Below are positions 23,770 through 35,476 of a stretch of DNA of 64,000 nt, piece after piece. The stretch covers positions 9,045,950 to 9,109,949 of the forward strand of contig NC_068988.1 of assembly GCF_001194135.2 (NCBI RefSeq), read 5' to 3'. Positions within the stretch are counted from its first letter, which is position 1. Every line of letters begins with the position of its first letter. The notes beneath the pieces are model-generated. The model was not told where the DNA came from. It did not search any database and saw only the letters and a list, made by a program, of their open reading frames with translations. The DNA comes from Octopus bimaculoides. Lineage: Eukaryota. Made by a program: the position numbers and the translations under genes.

Positions 23770-24350
23770 CAATCATCATCATCATCATTTAGCATCTGTT
23801 TTCCATGCTGGTATGGGTTAGACGGCTCGGCTGGAACTGGTAAGCCAAGGAGTTATACCAGGCTCCAGTCTTGATTTCAGATTAGATTCTACAGTTGGAT
23901 GGCCTTCTTATTGCCAACCACTCTACAGAGTGTACTGGGTGCCTTTTAAGTGCCACCAAGCACAGGTGCCGTTTACGCACTGCCATCACAGCAGCCTTTT
24001 ATGTGACGCTGTCACCGTCATGGGTGCTTTTTATGTGTCACCACATCTAAAACCACCCCAACCACTGCCACCACCACCAACAACAACACTATCATCATAC
24101 ACCTTCCCACATTCACGAAACCATCTTATCTCCCTCCAAACCATCTTATTTCCCTCCAGATCCTCTCTCCACTAACACTACAGCTGTTACTACTACTAAG
24201 ACTACGATTTCATTTGGCCTGATAAGTCTTCTTAAGCACAGCAAACTGCCAAAAGTCTTTGACATCATTTGATATCGCCTCCATGCAACCCAACATCGAA
24301 AGATCATGATTCATCACCTTATCCTATGTTTTCCTGGGTCCTACCTCTTT
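23770..24350 (-). mobile_element. RTE LINE 3' end including a C-terminal ORF remnant plus family C 3' UTR
   Basis: Minus 24350-24205 reads, with defects, RGRPRKT-DKVMNHDLSMLG..EAISNDVKDFWQFAVLKKTYQAK*, the RTE C-terminus; downstream it continues into family C sequence and a (GAT)n tail at ~23770. Confidence 0.65.
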
Positions 24351-24451
24351 CACAGCACCCCCCCCCCGTTAGGGCTCAGTTGCATAAGAAATAAAAAAAT
24401 ATTTAATGTTGGCTTTTTACAATGAACAAGTAGCTTGCTTACCAACCACAT

Positions 24452-24490
<39 letters not shown>

Positions 24491-24539
24491 ATAATGATGA
24501 TGATGATAATAATAATAATGATAATTCTTTCTACTTAAA

Positions 24540-24730
24540 GGCACAAGGGCCTGAAATTTGGGGGCAGGGGGTAAGTTGATTACATTGACCCCAGTGTATA
24601 ACTGGTACTTGTTTTATCGACCCTGAAAGGAATGAAAGTAAAACTGATCCTGGTGGAATTTGAATTCAGAACATAAGAACGGATGAAATGCCAGAAAGCA
24701 TTTTGCCCACGGGCCAACGACTCTGCAACC
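24540..24730 (-). mobile_element. SINE family B
   Basis: ggcacaagggcctgaaatttggggg...gaatttgaattcagaac...agcattttgccc. Confidence 0.82.
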
Positions 24731-24758
24731 TTAATAGTAGTAGTAGTAGTAGTAGTAA

Positions 24759-24915
24759 CAACTAGAAAAACAACACCAGCAAACAAAACAACCGTATAAC
24801 AAGAAATAATATTAATAGTAGTATTAGTATTAGTAGTAATAGTAGTAGTAGTAATAATAACAGCAACTAAAAAACAACACCAGCAAAGAAAACAAACGTA
24901 TAACAACAAGAAATG

Positions 24916-24969
<54 letters not shown>

Positions 24970-25026
24970 CCAACTAGAAAAACAACACCAGCAAAGAAAA
25001 CAAAAGTATAACAAGAAATGATGATG

Positions 25027-25075
<49 letters not shown>
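24759..25075. repeat. Three ~50-bp direct repeats separated by variable trinucleotide spacers
   Basis: caacta(g/a)aaaaacaacaccagcaaa(c/g)aaaacaa..gtataacaagaaat at 24759, 24864 and 24971. Confidence 0.9.
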
Positions 25076-25929
25076 TAAGGGTAACACCATAGTATTAGAT
25101 GGTGATAGAACAGGCTAGATACAGACTGATATATTTGCTGCATTTGATATTAGTAAAGAAACAAATAAATATAGAATTAGACAAAACTAAATGCAGAATG
25201 AGAGACAAACAAACAAACAAACAAGAAAAAAAAACCCCAAGAAGGAATCATATCCATCCGATACAAAATTAGACCCAACCAGGTACGATAGCAATCATTA
25301 TTAAATAAATCCTGCAAATATCGGCAGAGTTAGACAAAAACTAAACGCAATGTTAGGTGAAGAAAACGAACCACTATAGAAAGCAACTGGAGAGAACTGG
25401 CTAAATATAACATTAGACATTTGCTAATTGTAATGTTAGACAGGGCTGCAGTAAAGATAAGGTTTATTTTGTGAGCACATAAACAAAACTAGGTGGCCGG
25501 GTGATAAACAGATATCGCATTTTTGTGTTTGATATGTGTGTATCAAAAGATATCTAAGACAGATCTTCAATGTTTAGTACCATTAAAGAGATTTAGAGAT
25601 TGCTTTTATATATATATGTATGTGTATATGCATATATACACATACATGCACACACATGCATGGATACACATATATACACACACAAATATCTACATACACT
25701 TATCTATACATATATATGCATGTATATACACACACACTACATATATACACATATATACAGACACGTGTATATATATATATATATATATATATANNNNNNN
25801 NNNGACTTTTTTAAATTGAAACTGAAAGTTTGACTCACAAATCAAGTCTCAAGTAATCTTCAAGCAAAATATTTGGTTTCACCTGAAGATCACTCTGGCC
25901 TGAAACTTTCATGTTCAAAAAAACTATAC

Positions 25930-26156
25930 ATATAAAACACCATTTTGAGTGTGGCCGTTGCCAGTACCTCCTGACTGGCCTTCGTGCTGGTGGCGCATAA
26001 AGGCCCCCACTACACTCTTGGAGTGGTTGGCGTTAGGAAGGGCATCCAGCTGTAGAAACTCTGCCAAATCAGATTGGAGCCTGGTGTAGCCATCTGGTTC
26101 ACCAGTCCTCAGTCAAATCCGCCAACCCATGCTAGCATGGAAAGCAGACGTTAAAC

Positions 26157-26190
<34 letters not shown>
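25930..26190 (+). mobile_element. Family C (RTE 3' end)
   Basis: gagtgtggccgttgccagtacc...ggcgttaggaagggcatccagctgtag...cagacgttaaac(GAT)n. Confidence 0.9.
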
Positions 26191-26196
<6 letters not shown>

Positions 26197-26289
26197 TGTA
26201 CAGATTCCAACTGTCTGTTGTGGCGTGGTTTCTATGGCTTGATGCCGTTCTCAATTCCAACCACAGAGTGTGCTAGGTGCTTTTTATGC

Positions 26290-26640
26290 CCCACTGGCAT
26301 GGTTCCGGGTTCAGTTCCACTGCATGGTACCTTGGGTAAGTGTCTTCTACTATAGCCCTGGGCCAGCCAAAGCCTCGTGAGTGCATTTGGTAGATGGAAG
26401 CTGAAAAAGCCCATCGTGTGTGTATGTTTGTGTGCAACTCCATGTCCTGACATCAAGTGGTAATTGTGAGTGTTACTGTGAAATTCATTTTCAATCGCTT
26501 ACAGAAAAAAAAAATGTCCATTAAGAAGAAAATATAGTCTAGATTGGAAACAAATGAGATTGGTGGCAGGAAAGATATCTGGCTGTAGAAAATCTTGCTC
26601 TATGAATTCTGTTCAGCTCATAGGATGAGAACATACTTTT
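26290..26640 (+). mobile_element. SINE family A variant with C-like tail, diverged
   Basis: ggttccgggttcagttccactgcatggtaccttggg...ggtagatggaagctgaaa...ggcaggaaagatatctggctgtagaaaatc. Confidence 0.65.
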
Positions 26641-26717
26641 GTTACAGTTAGCAATCAATCACTGGTAATTTTTTTTTTTTGTAATTCATTGATAGTTAAA
26701 CAGTAATAGTGTTATTG

Positions 26718-26766
<49 letters not shown>

Positions 26767-27544
26767 AATTCATTGATAGTGAAACAGTAATAATGTTATT
26801 GATAATATACATATTTTTTGCAGACATACAAATGAGAAATTTGTTTTATTTAATTTCACTTTAATGTAATAAATATTTTTATTTTATTTAAAAAAAAAAA
26901 AATTAACATTTCCTTTATTTTTCTGTATAAAGCACCACAAAATTTGCATGGAAGAACGATTATAATTATTGTATTTATGTAACATTAGTAGATATTACCT
27001 ACAACGGTATAAGTATATACTCGATACCATCTACCCTATGATGAGTAAAACTAGTTTTTAAATAATAAAAAAAAAAACACGAATATTGTAGTAGAGAAAG
27101 AAGCCTTCTAACAGCAAAAGTACAAGCTGCCAACCAACCAGACAAACAGACAGACAGACAGCCAGCCAACCATCCTTGATTTTTAATTGAAGCCAAGTTC
27201 CACAAAATGTATTTAATATTTTTGTGAAAAGCATAAATGTCAGACAATCTTATTTCTCACTTCACTTCCAGAAATCTCTGTTATTGTGACTAAAGTGATG
27301 ATGATGATGATGATAACAGTGATGATGATGATGATAATGATAATAACAACAACTATTATTGTTACTATTTCTCTTATTACTATTACTGCTTCTATTATTA
27401 TTATTGATTTCTATAGAAATTACATAAGATTGCAGTCAATTAAATTGATTCAGAATTTGATTTGCCTGTCTTTTATGACCACCACTCCTAAAGGGTTAGA
27501 AGACAAAAGTTGACATCTGTCAACCCCAGCACACTTACACATTC

Positions 27545-27900
27545 ATAATAATAATAATAATAATTTATTGACCACAAGTGCAGCGTAAATATTGACAAGA
27601 ATACAAAATCAAGACAGTGGGGAACAACTCTGAATTTTTTGACATATTGTTACTGTTTACATGCTTCTGATAAATTCCCCAGCAGGGGTAAAACCCCATG
27701 CAGGGGCAACCAAGGAGCCCCACTGATTTCATGCCATACTTACTACTCATCAGGAGTACAGCGACAGGTGCTCTTACCTCCTCTGTAATCCTCAGCCTAC
27801 AGACCCCAGCCTAGAGTAGGGCCACTCACTCACTCATAGTTGCCACATTCACCCACCTTTCAGCAAATTTACTTGAGGCTACATATCTCTGTTAACCCAT
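27545..27900 (-). mobile_element. Short LINE 3' end (Tx1/L1-like tail family)
   Basis: Minus strand ends cacttgtggtcAATAAA(TTA)n; contains tccttggttgcccctg shared with 5500-5740. Confidence 0.6.
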
Positions 27901-27914
27901 ACCTTTTAATAATG

Positions 27915-27945
<31 letters not shown>

Positions 27946-28490
27946 AGGCACAAGGCCTGAAATTTGGGTGAGAGGAGGCTAGTCAATTACATGAACCCCA
28001 GTTACTTAATTTATCAACCCTGAAAGGATGAAAGGCAAAGTCGACCTTGGTGGAATTTGAACTCAGAACATAAAGACAGACGAAATACCGCTAAGCATTT
28101 TACCCGGAGTGCTAATGTTTCTGCCAGCTCACCATCTTAATAACAACAACAACAACAATATTTGTTTGACTACAGGTGGTGCTCCAGCATGCCTACAGAC
28201 AAATGACTGAAACAAGTAAAAGAATAAAAGAAATGCGGGTCGGAGAAGTTTGAGTCCTAATTTCCAACGAACTTGGATTATGGTGAAGAAGGGATGCATT
28301 GGTTAGACAATGCAGATATTAGGTCCAAATTTTGGCTCAAAGCCAGAAAGTTAAGGGGACGAGGTAAATTGATTACACTGACCCAGGGCTCAACTGGTAC
28401 TTATTCTATCAACCCTGAAAGGGGTGAAAGGCGAAGTCAAGCTTGGTGGAATTTGAACTCAGAACATGTTTTGCCAGATTGCTGCCTTAG
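27946..28490. mobile_element. Two family B SINEs (-) flanking a family A 3' fragment (+)
   Basis: B at ~27946-28140 and ~28330-28490; ggtggtgctccagcatg...aaatgactgaaacaagtaaaag at ~28175-28230. Confidence 0.78.
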
Positions 28491-29719
28491 ATAATGTAGA
28501 TATTAAAGTTGGGATGGCCATAACTGGAACATGTATGATCATGGGTTTTTGCATGATCAGAGTTGATTTGGAGATGAAGAATAACAACAACAACAACAAC
28601 AACACTAATGATACCGAACACATATCTCCAACGACATGACAAGAACAACGCAAAAACGTATGAGCAAAAACAATAACAACAATAAAAAATGTAACAAGAA
28701 GAAGAAATAATGAAAAGTGCAACAAATTGAAATCTGTTTAATTCTAATAATGGTAAACAGAACAAAAGGAAGAATAATTTGGAATGACTAAAATATTAAA
28801 CGCTAATTTAGATCACATGACAGAACCATGATTTTGTTTAGAAACAAAGAGAGGGCAATTTAGAAGGTGAGGAGCTGGGGTTGGCAAAGAAATTCCCTTA
28901 TTCTATGCCAAGTTTTTTTCAAAAAAAAAAAAGGGACAATTCTTCTAAACATTTTGTTAGTCACTTGACAATAAGGGGCAAAGATTTACTCCTAAAGTAG
29001 AATTAATTTCAAGGATGAGTAAATAAATAGTTGGTTTAGAGTTGAAATAGAAGCGTTGTCGTGAAAAATAAGAAAATAAACAACGGAAATAAAGAACATG
29101 AAAAAAAAAAAAAGGAAAATTGCAACAGAATAAAACCAAACAGATCAAAGTATCTAAAAAAATAATCTAGCACCCATCATTTTTCTCTTCATAGTTGCTC
29201 TTAAACATTAAAATATTCGCTAAAATACATTGGAATTATTTCCATCATAATTGACAAATGCCTTGAATTTGGGAAGAATTTGTGATTTGATGTTTTAGTA
29301 ATAGATCTTGATACTCTAAGGAAATGGGAGATGCCTGTTCACCTGCAAGAAATCTTTTGCATTTATTTGAAACGAAAAAACAAAGCAAAAAAGTAAAAAA
29401 AATGTGGGGGAAGTGAAAGAAAACAATTAAAAGTCTGAAAAGAAATTAGGAGAATGTAGTGAATGGCGTAGTTTTGTCTTGGAGCAAAACAATGCCGCTT
29501 TACCAAAGTTTACTAGTACAGCTTTGCTTTTGAATTTAGAAGATAATATGATGGAATGAAGGTTAGAATTGTATATTGGAACAGATAATGGTAACAGACT
29601 TGTATAAGAGGTTTGGTATGTAGAAACATGAGCAATGCAGCAGGTAGGAGAATATTCACAGGTATAAGAAAATGATACTACAATACAATGAGTACTAACA
29701 GAATTGAGGATATCATCGT

Positions 29720-29940
29720 TCTTGTATTTGTTTCAGTCATTTGCCTGCAGCCATGCTGGAGCATCACCTTTGGTCGAGCAAATCAACCCCAGGACTTATT
29801 CTTTGTAAGCCTAGTACTTATTCTCTCGGTCTCTCTCTTGCCGAACCGCTAAGTGACAAAGACGTAAACACACCAGCATCAGTTGTCAAGTGATGTTGGG
29901 GGGACGAACACAGACACACACACATACACACACATGCTCA
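29720..29940 (-). mobile_element. SINE family A, 3' half
   Basis: ttgtttcagtcatttgcctgcagccatgctggagcatcacc...gccgaaccgctaagtgac...gttggggggacgaac. Confidence 0.85.
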
Positions 29941-29949
29941 CTTATTCGT

Positions 29950-30605
29950 ATCTTTACTTCATTGGACACTAAAAACTCAGCTTGCGAAGACCTGTTGAGG
30001 CAAGTGAATTTGCAATTTGAAATCTGATATCGAAATTGAACCGAATCCGATGACTGGCACTCATGCCAACCTCTCCTTTCATTGGACACTGAACTCTACT
30101 TGCGAAGACCTGTTGGGGCAAGTGAAATCGAAATCGTAATTGAACGATACTCGATGACTGGCACCTGCGCCAGTGGAGCACTAACAGCACTGTCTGAGCA
30201 TGTTCATTGCCAGAGCAGCTGTCTGGCTTCCGTGCTAGTGGCCCATTTGAGTGTAATCATTACCAGTGTCGCCTTCTAGCACTTGTGCTGGTGGCACATT
30301 AGAAAATAATTGGAGCAAGGTCATTGCCAGTGCCGCTGGACTGGCTCCCTTGCAGGTGACATGTAAAAAACACCTTTTTGAGCGTGTCTGTTGCCAGTAC
30401 CGTGTGACTGGCCCTTGTGCCAGTGGCACGTAAAAGCACCCACTACACTCTCGGAGTGGTTGGCATTAGGAAGGGCATCCAGCTGGAGAAACTCTGCCAA
30501 ATCAGATTGGAGCCTGGTGCAGCCTTCTGGCTTGCAAGTCCTCAGTCAAATCATCCAACCCAAGCTAGCATGGAAAATGGACGTTAAATGATGATGATGA
30601 AGAAG
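29950..30605 (+). mobile_element. Long family C copy: RTE stop-codon region in a 120-bp tandem duplication, several ~65-bp subunits, and the 3' terminus
   Basis: ttcattggacact...ttgcgaagacctgttg(a/g)ggcaagtgaa at 29958 and 30078; then repeated gagc..g.tcattgccagt...gtggcac subunits; ends ggacgttaaa(TGA)n. Confidence 0.85.
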
Positions 30606-31444
30606 AACATTAAATGGTGGTAGTAATGATGATGATGATGTTGTTGGTTAGACACTAAAATGCACTCCTTTGCTTTTGGTTATATTGGAGCTAAGAAGAT
30701 AACGGTCGTAAGTTCAATCTGGGATCAGGGCACCAAAAGACGAAAAAGAATAAAAACAGACAAAGAGAGTTTTCTTGTCAACAGTATTAAACAAGATCAA
30801 ACCTTCTTCCCATGAATAAAATTGAACAGATTAAGACTTAATCCTAGATAATCTCAGTGGAAATATTACTCTGTCATATAGGTGAAGTTTAAAGGATCGG
30901 AGTTTTGATTTTATGATTAAAAATACCAAAAACAAAAAGAAAAAAAAAGACTGTGGTTGCCATCTTGTTTGCAATAAATGACCTATTTTAGTATGGCAGC
31001 AAACTTCTGTCTGATACCATGACAACACCACTTGCATTACCATCAGTTTGACATTTTTTAATATTTTTTTTGTTGTTATTTATTTTTTCCAGTAGAATCA
31101 CGAGAAAGAAATATGATATTTTGGCAATGACGCCATGGAACATTCAATATAGACCAAATAAAAAGCACTTGAAGACAGACGGATCTAAGCTAAATTCAAG
31201 TTGCCATTGTTTGAACACAATCTCCACTCCTTTCTTCCTGCAATTCATGTCACATGTTACTTTGATTTGGATTTTCTTGTATTACAGTCATCCAATTCCA
31301 TGCATTTCCCTGTCTCTGTTTAAATCAAAACTTGTGATTTTTGTGATAAAGGATTATAAAAAATTCCAAATAACTGTGGCACCGTAGGTTTAAAGTTTCT
31401 ACACATTACCACTTTAACTTAGCAAAAACTATATTCCACATATA

Positions 31445-31823
31445 CACTGGGTGTTCAAAAAGTCTCTCAGCAGTGAATATTTTGGTGAACGGATTATTTC
31501 AGAGGGACTTTGGCCACCTCCAGATTTTTTTTCTGGGGAGCAAGTAAAGGATCAGTGTACAAGAATCGGCCGAAAACCATTAATGAGCTAAAAGACGCAA
31601 TCACACAGTCTATAACACGTCAGACTCTCCAAGACGTATTTCAAAACATGTGCCAAAGAGTCAACTTATGTATTGAAAATGACGGACGACACTTTCAACA
31701 ATTCTTACAAAGTTTTTTAAAGTCTTGTAAAGTCTAATATATTCTTTTGTAGTCTTATACCATCTTTTAAATATTTATTTTGCAATAAAATGCTTACTGT
31801 GGAGAGAGTTTTTGAACACCCTG
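31445..31823 (+). mobile_element. Internally deleted Tc1/mariner element (DD37D/DD41D-like) retaining the transposase C-terminus
   Basis: TIRs gggtgttcaaaaagtctctc (left, from 31449) and gagagtttttgaacaccctg (right, to 31823), TA on both flanks; internal RIISEGLWPP/DFFFWG/VYKNRPKTINELKDAITQ...VFQNMCQRVNLCIENDGRHFQQFL matches the WPPRSPDL..DFFLWG..VY..P.T..EL...G.HF C-terminus. Confidence 0.88.
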
Positions 31824-31919
31824 TATACACACACACATACACATATATTCTAAATGCAATGCACAAACATATATGCATGCATGCACACGCATACAAGGAA
31901 CTAGAAATAAAAACTTATA

Positions 31920-32310
31920 GCAGGAGTGGCTGTGTGGTAAGTAGCTTGCTTACCAACCACATGGTTCTGGGTTCAGTCCCACTGCATGGCACCTTGGGTA
32001 AGTGTCTTCTACTACAGCGTCAGGTCGATCAAAGCCTTGTGAGTGGATTTGGTAGACGAAAACTGAAAGAAGCCTGTCGTATATATGTATGTGTGTGTAT
32101 GTGTTTGTGTGCCTGTGTTTGTCCCACAACATCACTTGACAACCGATGCCGGTGTGTTTACGTCCCTGTAACTTAGCGATTTGGCAAAAGAGACCAATAG
32201 AATAAGTACTAGGCTTAAAAAGAATAAGTCCTGGGGGTCGATTTCTTCGACTAAAAGCGGTGCTCCAGCATGGCCGCAGTCAAATGACTGAAACAAGTAA
32301 AAGAGAATAT
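31920..32310 (+). mobile_element. SINE family A, near full length
   Basis: gcaggagtggctgtgtggtaagtagc...ggttcagtcccactgc...gcggtgctccagcatggccgcagtcaaatgactgaaacaagtaaaag. Confidence 0.9.
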
Positions 32311-32422
32311 ATATNNNNNNNNNNNNNNNNNNNNNNNNNNNNNNNNNNNNNNNNNNNNNNNNNNNNNNNNNNNNNNNNNNNNNNNNNNNNNNNNNNNNNN
32401 NNNNNNNNNNNNNNNNNNNNNN

Positions 32423-32449
<27 letters not shown>

Positions 32450-32454
<5 letters not shown>

Positions 32455-32660
32455 GTGTGTCTTTGTTCCACCCATCATTGCTGACAACCAGTGTTGGTGT
32501 GTTTATGTCCCCACAGCTTAGTGCTTTGGCAAAAGAAGCAAACAGGATAAGTACTAGGCTTTAAAAAAAAAGTACTGGGGTTGATTCGATCGAGTAAACC
32601 CCTCCAGGCCGGTTTCTCAGAATGGCTGCAGTCCAATGACTGAAGCAAGTAAAAGGTAAA
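32450..32660 (+). mobile_element. SINE family A, 3' half
   Basis: gctgacaaccagtgttggtgtgtttatgtcccc...ggctgcagtccaatgactgaagcaagtaaaagg. Confidence 0.72.
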
Positions 32661-33284
32661 TGATATATATGCATGCATGCAGGCACAGACACACAGAGAA
32701 CTGCCTGGTGTATACGTAAACTGTGTAATTCAATAAGATGCACACAGCAGCGGAATGTACAGGAAACTCAGTAATGGAGGAAAATTAATTTTTGAGAACT
32801 CATTTATTGTAAGGTGCGTGCGTGTGTGTGTGTGTGTGTGTGTGTGTATACTATAACAAGCCATTAGGGAGCTTGTATGTAAGATTTCTAGATATAGCTT
32901 ACACACAGAAGAATGTATGTGTGTGTTCTATAAAAATAGGGATATTACAGATTCTGTAATAAACAATGTGTGTGTAGATGTATGTATAAAGTACATATAT
33001 ATTGTATATAACATACACACACTCAAATATATATATACACACACACACATGCACACAGATGTATACAGGCATATAATACGCATGTATCTACGTATATAAT
33101 ACACCCATATGCATATGTGTGTATGTATGTGTACATATATATATGATCATCATGTATATATACATATGCATACATATATACATGCATACATATATATACA
33201 TACGCACACATATACACATGCACAATACACACACAAATACATATATAATACACACATATACATATGTGTATGTATATTTACATA

Positions 33285-33333
<49 letters not shown>

Positions 33334-33362
33334 TCATGATCATGATCATCATTGTGTGTGTG

Positions 33363-33400
<38 letters not shown>

Positions 33401-33779
33401 CTGCAAACCATAAGTGTGTGTTAGAGAGGCTGTACGCCATATTGCTCAATATAAAATCCACTTACAATCTATTAGAGAATGTGGATGCAATATTTCTCGA
33501 TGTAGAATAGAACAGCCTCGGGACAATGGTACCCCTCCATCACTATTTCCCCATCCAATATTCCATAATAGTACTTGTAAATTGGTAAACTGATTTCCCT
33601 AGCACCATTTATTATGAAACCTCACCCATCAGTCAATCACAGCATGGTCGGTGTCATGTATACCAACTTAGAACAGAAACTATGTGATAACCCATAAAAT
33701 TGAATATTGGTCCTTCAGTTTTGGTGATGCCTATTCAGGCGTTCATTGAATTATCTTATAAGTAGCTGAGTACTCCACA

Positions 33780-33810
<31 letters not shown>

Positions 33811-33924
33811 NNNNNNNNNNAAGCTAAGCAAGGTAATACTTTCCTATCAGCAGCAAAGTAATATTTCCCCAGTACCAGATGTCAGGGCAGGGATCTCCCC
33901 ACAGGCTGATGTGACCTGCTTCTT

Positions 33925-34150
33925 GAGCGTTGCCGTTGCCAGTACCGCCTGACTGGCCCTCATGCCGGTGGCATGTAAAAGCACCCACTACGCTCTCGGA
34001 GTGGTTAAAGTTAGGAAGGGCATCCAGCTGTAGAAACTCTGCCAGATCAGATTGGAGCCTGGTGTAGCCATCTGGTTCACCAGTTCTCAGTCAAATCGTC
34101 CAACCCATGCTAGCATGGAAAGCAGACGTTAAACGATGATGATGATGATG
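33925..34150 (+). mobile_element. Family C (RTE 3' end)
   Basis: gagcgttgccgttgccagtaccgcc...aggaagggcatccagctgtag...cagacgttaaac(GAT)n. Confidence 0.9.
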
Positions 34151-34154
34151 ATGA

Positions 34155-34465
34155 TTATTATTTTCTCTTTGTCACAGATTTTGTTGGAAATCCTGGAGTC
34201 CTGTATGCGTAGGGGGCTTACTACCTGCAGCCTACGGTACCCTACTATCCACTCTTTTCAGTTATCTAATCCTTTCCTGATTATTCTGGCTGTGCCAAGG
34301 AGGCAAACCTTTTGTAACAATTCTACTGGGAACTCTATTCCAATTTCCTTTATATTCCTCTTGGTGCCTTCTGATACTGTTCCCAAGGACCGAACAATAA
34401 TTGGTACTATAGTTACTTTCTTCATTTTCCATAGCCAGGCTATTTCGTACTTAAGAAGGTTGTAT
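34155..34465 (-). mobile_element. RLE-type (R4/Dong-like) non-LTR retrotransposon 3' fragment
   Basis: Minus translation KYEIAWLWKMKKVTIVPIIVRSLGTVSEGTKRNIKEIGIEFPVELLQKVCLLGTARIIRK, the characteristic C-terminus (E..LW..K.V.VVPxVxGxLGT...LQK..LLGTARILR) of RLE-bearing LINEs. Confidence 0.75.
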
Positions 34466-34519
34466 TTATCTATCTATCTATCAACCAATCAACCTACCTA
34501 TCTATCTTGTACCTTTAAA

Positions 34520-34790
34520 AAAAAAAAAAACCTGAGGTGACCGTGGTCTTTTCCGTAGGCTTTTCTCTCCGCGGACAAACTTAATCTGTTTCCCCCTTTT
34601 CACATTGACTATGATACACGATCCCTATTGATCGGCTTTGCTCAAACTCCCCCCACCCAATTCCTTTTGATTGAAATCTTCCCCCCCTTTTTTTGTCCCC
34701 CAAAAGAAAAGCCCTACATCGTATTTTGTCCATTTTCTGTATTTAGCCCTGTGTGGCCATAATAAAAAGATATCTATCTATCTATCTTTA
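34520..34790 (+). mobile_element. Short LINE 3' end (Tx1/L1-like tail, TATC subtype)
   Basis: Ends caaaagaaaagccctacatcgtattttgtcc...agccctgtgtggccatAATAAAaaga(TATC)n; clearly similar to the reverse copy at 63927-64000. Confidence 0.7.
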
Positions 34791-34954
34791 TGCCATCTTT
34801 CTTGACTATTCATGGGTCAAAGGGGCATGCAACATGAACTATATAACATATGTGGTTCACCTTATCCAGCACCACTAGCACCAGTCTGTTATGTTCCAGC
34901 ACCTGATCTCTTTGGACTGAGAAGCATAATCATCATTGTTATTATTTTTATTAT

Positions 34955-35252
34955 TCACACAACAGATTAGATTGTTGGAAAAAAAAAATTCGTAACATCA
35001 GGCTACAACATGAAATGTTAAATGCCAAGAACCCCCCCTAAGCATCCTATCTGACCCTAATAACACTGTTTTCTGCAGCTGTACTAAACTGGGTTTTATG
35101 CCTATTTCCTCTATCCATCTGTTCAAATGTTTAGGGATAGTTGCCAATGCACCTATAACTACTGGGATACATTTTCCCAGCACTTTCTATAGAGTCTGTA
35201 ATTCAATGGCTAGGTGCTGGTACTTGGCTATTTTTTTCTATATCTCTCATTG

Positions 35253-35303
<51 letters not shown>

Positions 35304-35395
35304 ATACACTCAACAAATTAGACTGTTGGAAAAGAAAAGCATCCAAACAGAGGGCTACAACACGTAGCCTTAGATACCAAGAACCCTCCCACTGG
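34955..35395 (-). mobile_element. Second RLE-type (R4/Dong-like) 3' fragment plus a duplicated tail
   Basis: Minus translation EKIAKYQHLAIELQTL*KVLGKCIPVVIGALATIPKHLNRWIEEIGIKPSLVQLQKTVLLGSDRMLR; the tail gggttcttgg(c/t)at.taa...tgttgtagcc...ttccaaca.tctaat occurs twice (~34960-35040, ~35305-35390), separated by (TAA)n. Confidence 0.8.
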
Positions 35396-35420
35396 ATTAT
35401 CATCATCATCATTATTATTA

Positions 35421-35457
<37 letters not shown>

Positions 35458-35476
35458 CATCATCATCATTATCATT

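Noticed and set aside
25880-25915. CTGAAGA...GAAAC hammerhead-like string (and a weaker one near 49070-49095)
   Set aside because: Helix II cannot form or the core has several mismatches; such strings are expected by chance in 64 kb.
30831-31043. EVCCH as the glypican exon-2 CC motif
   Set aside because: Lacks the TCCT..ME context and a suitable acceptor.
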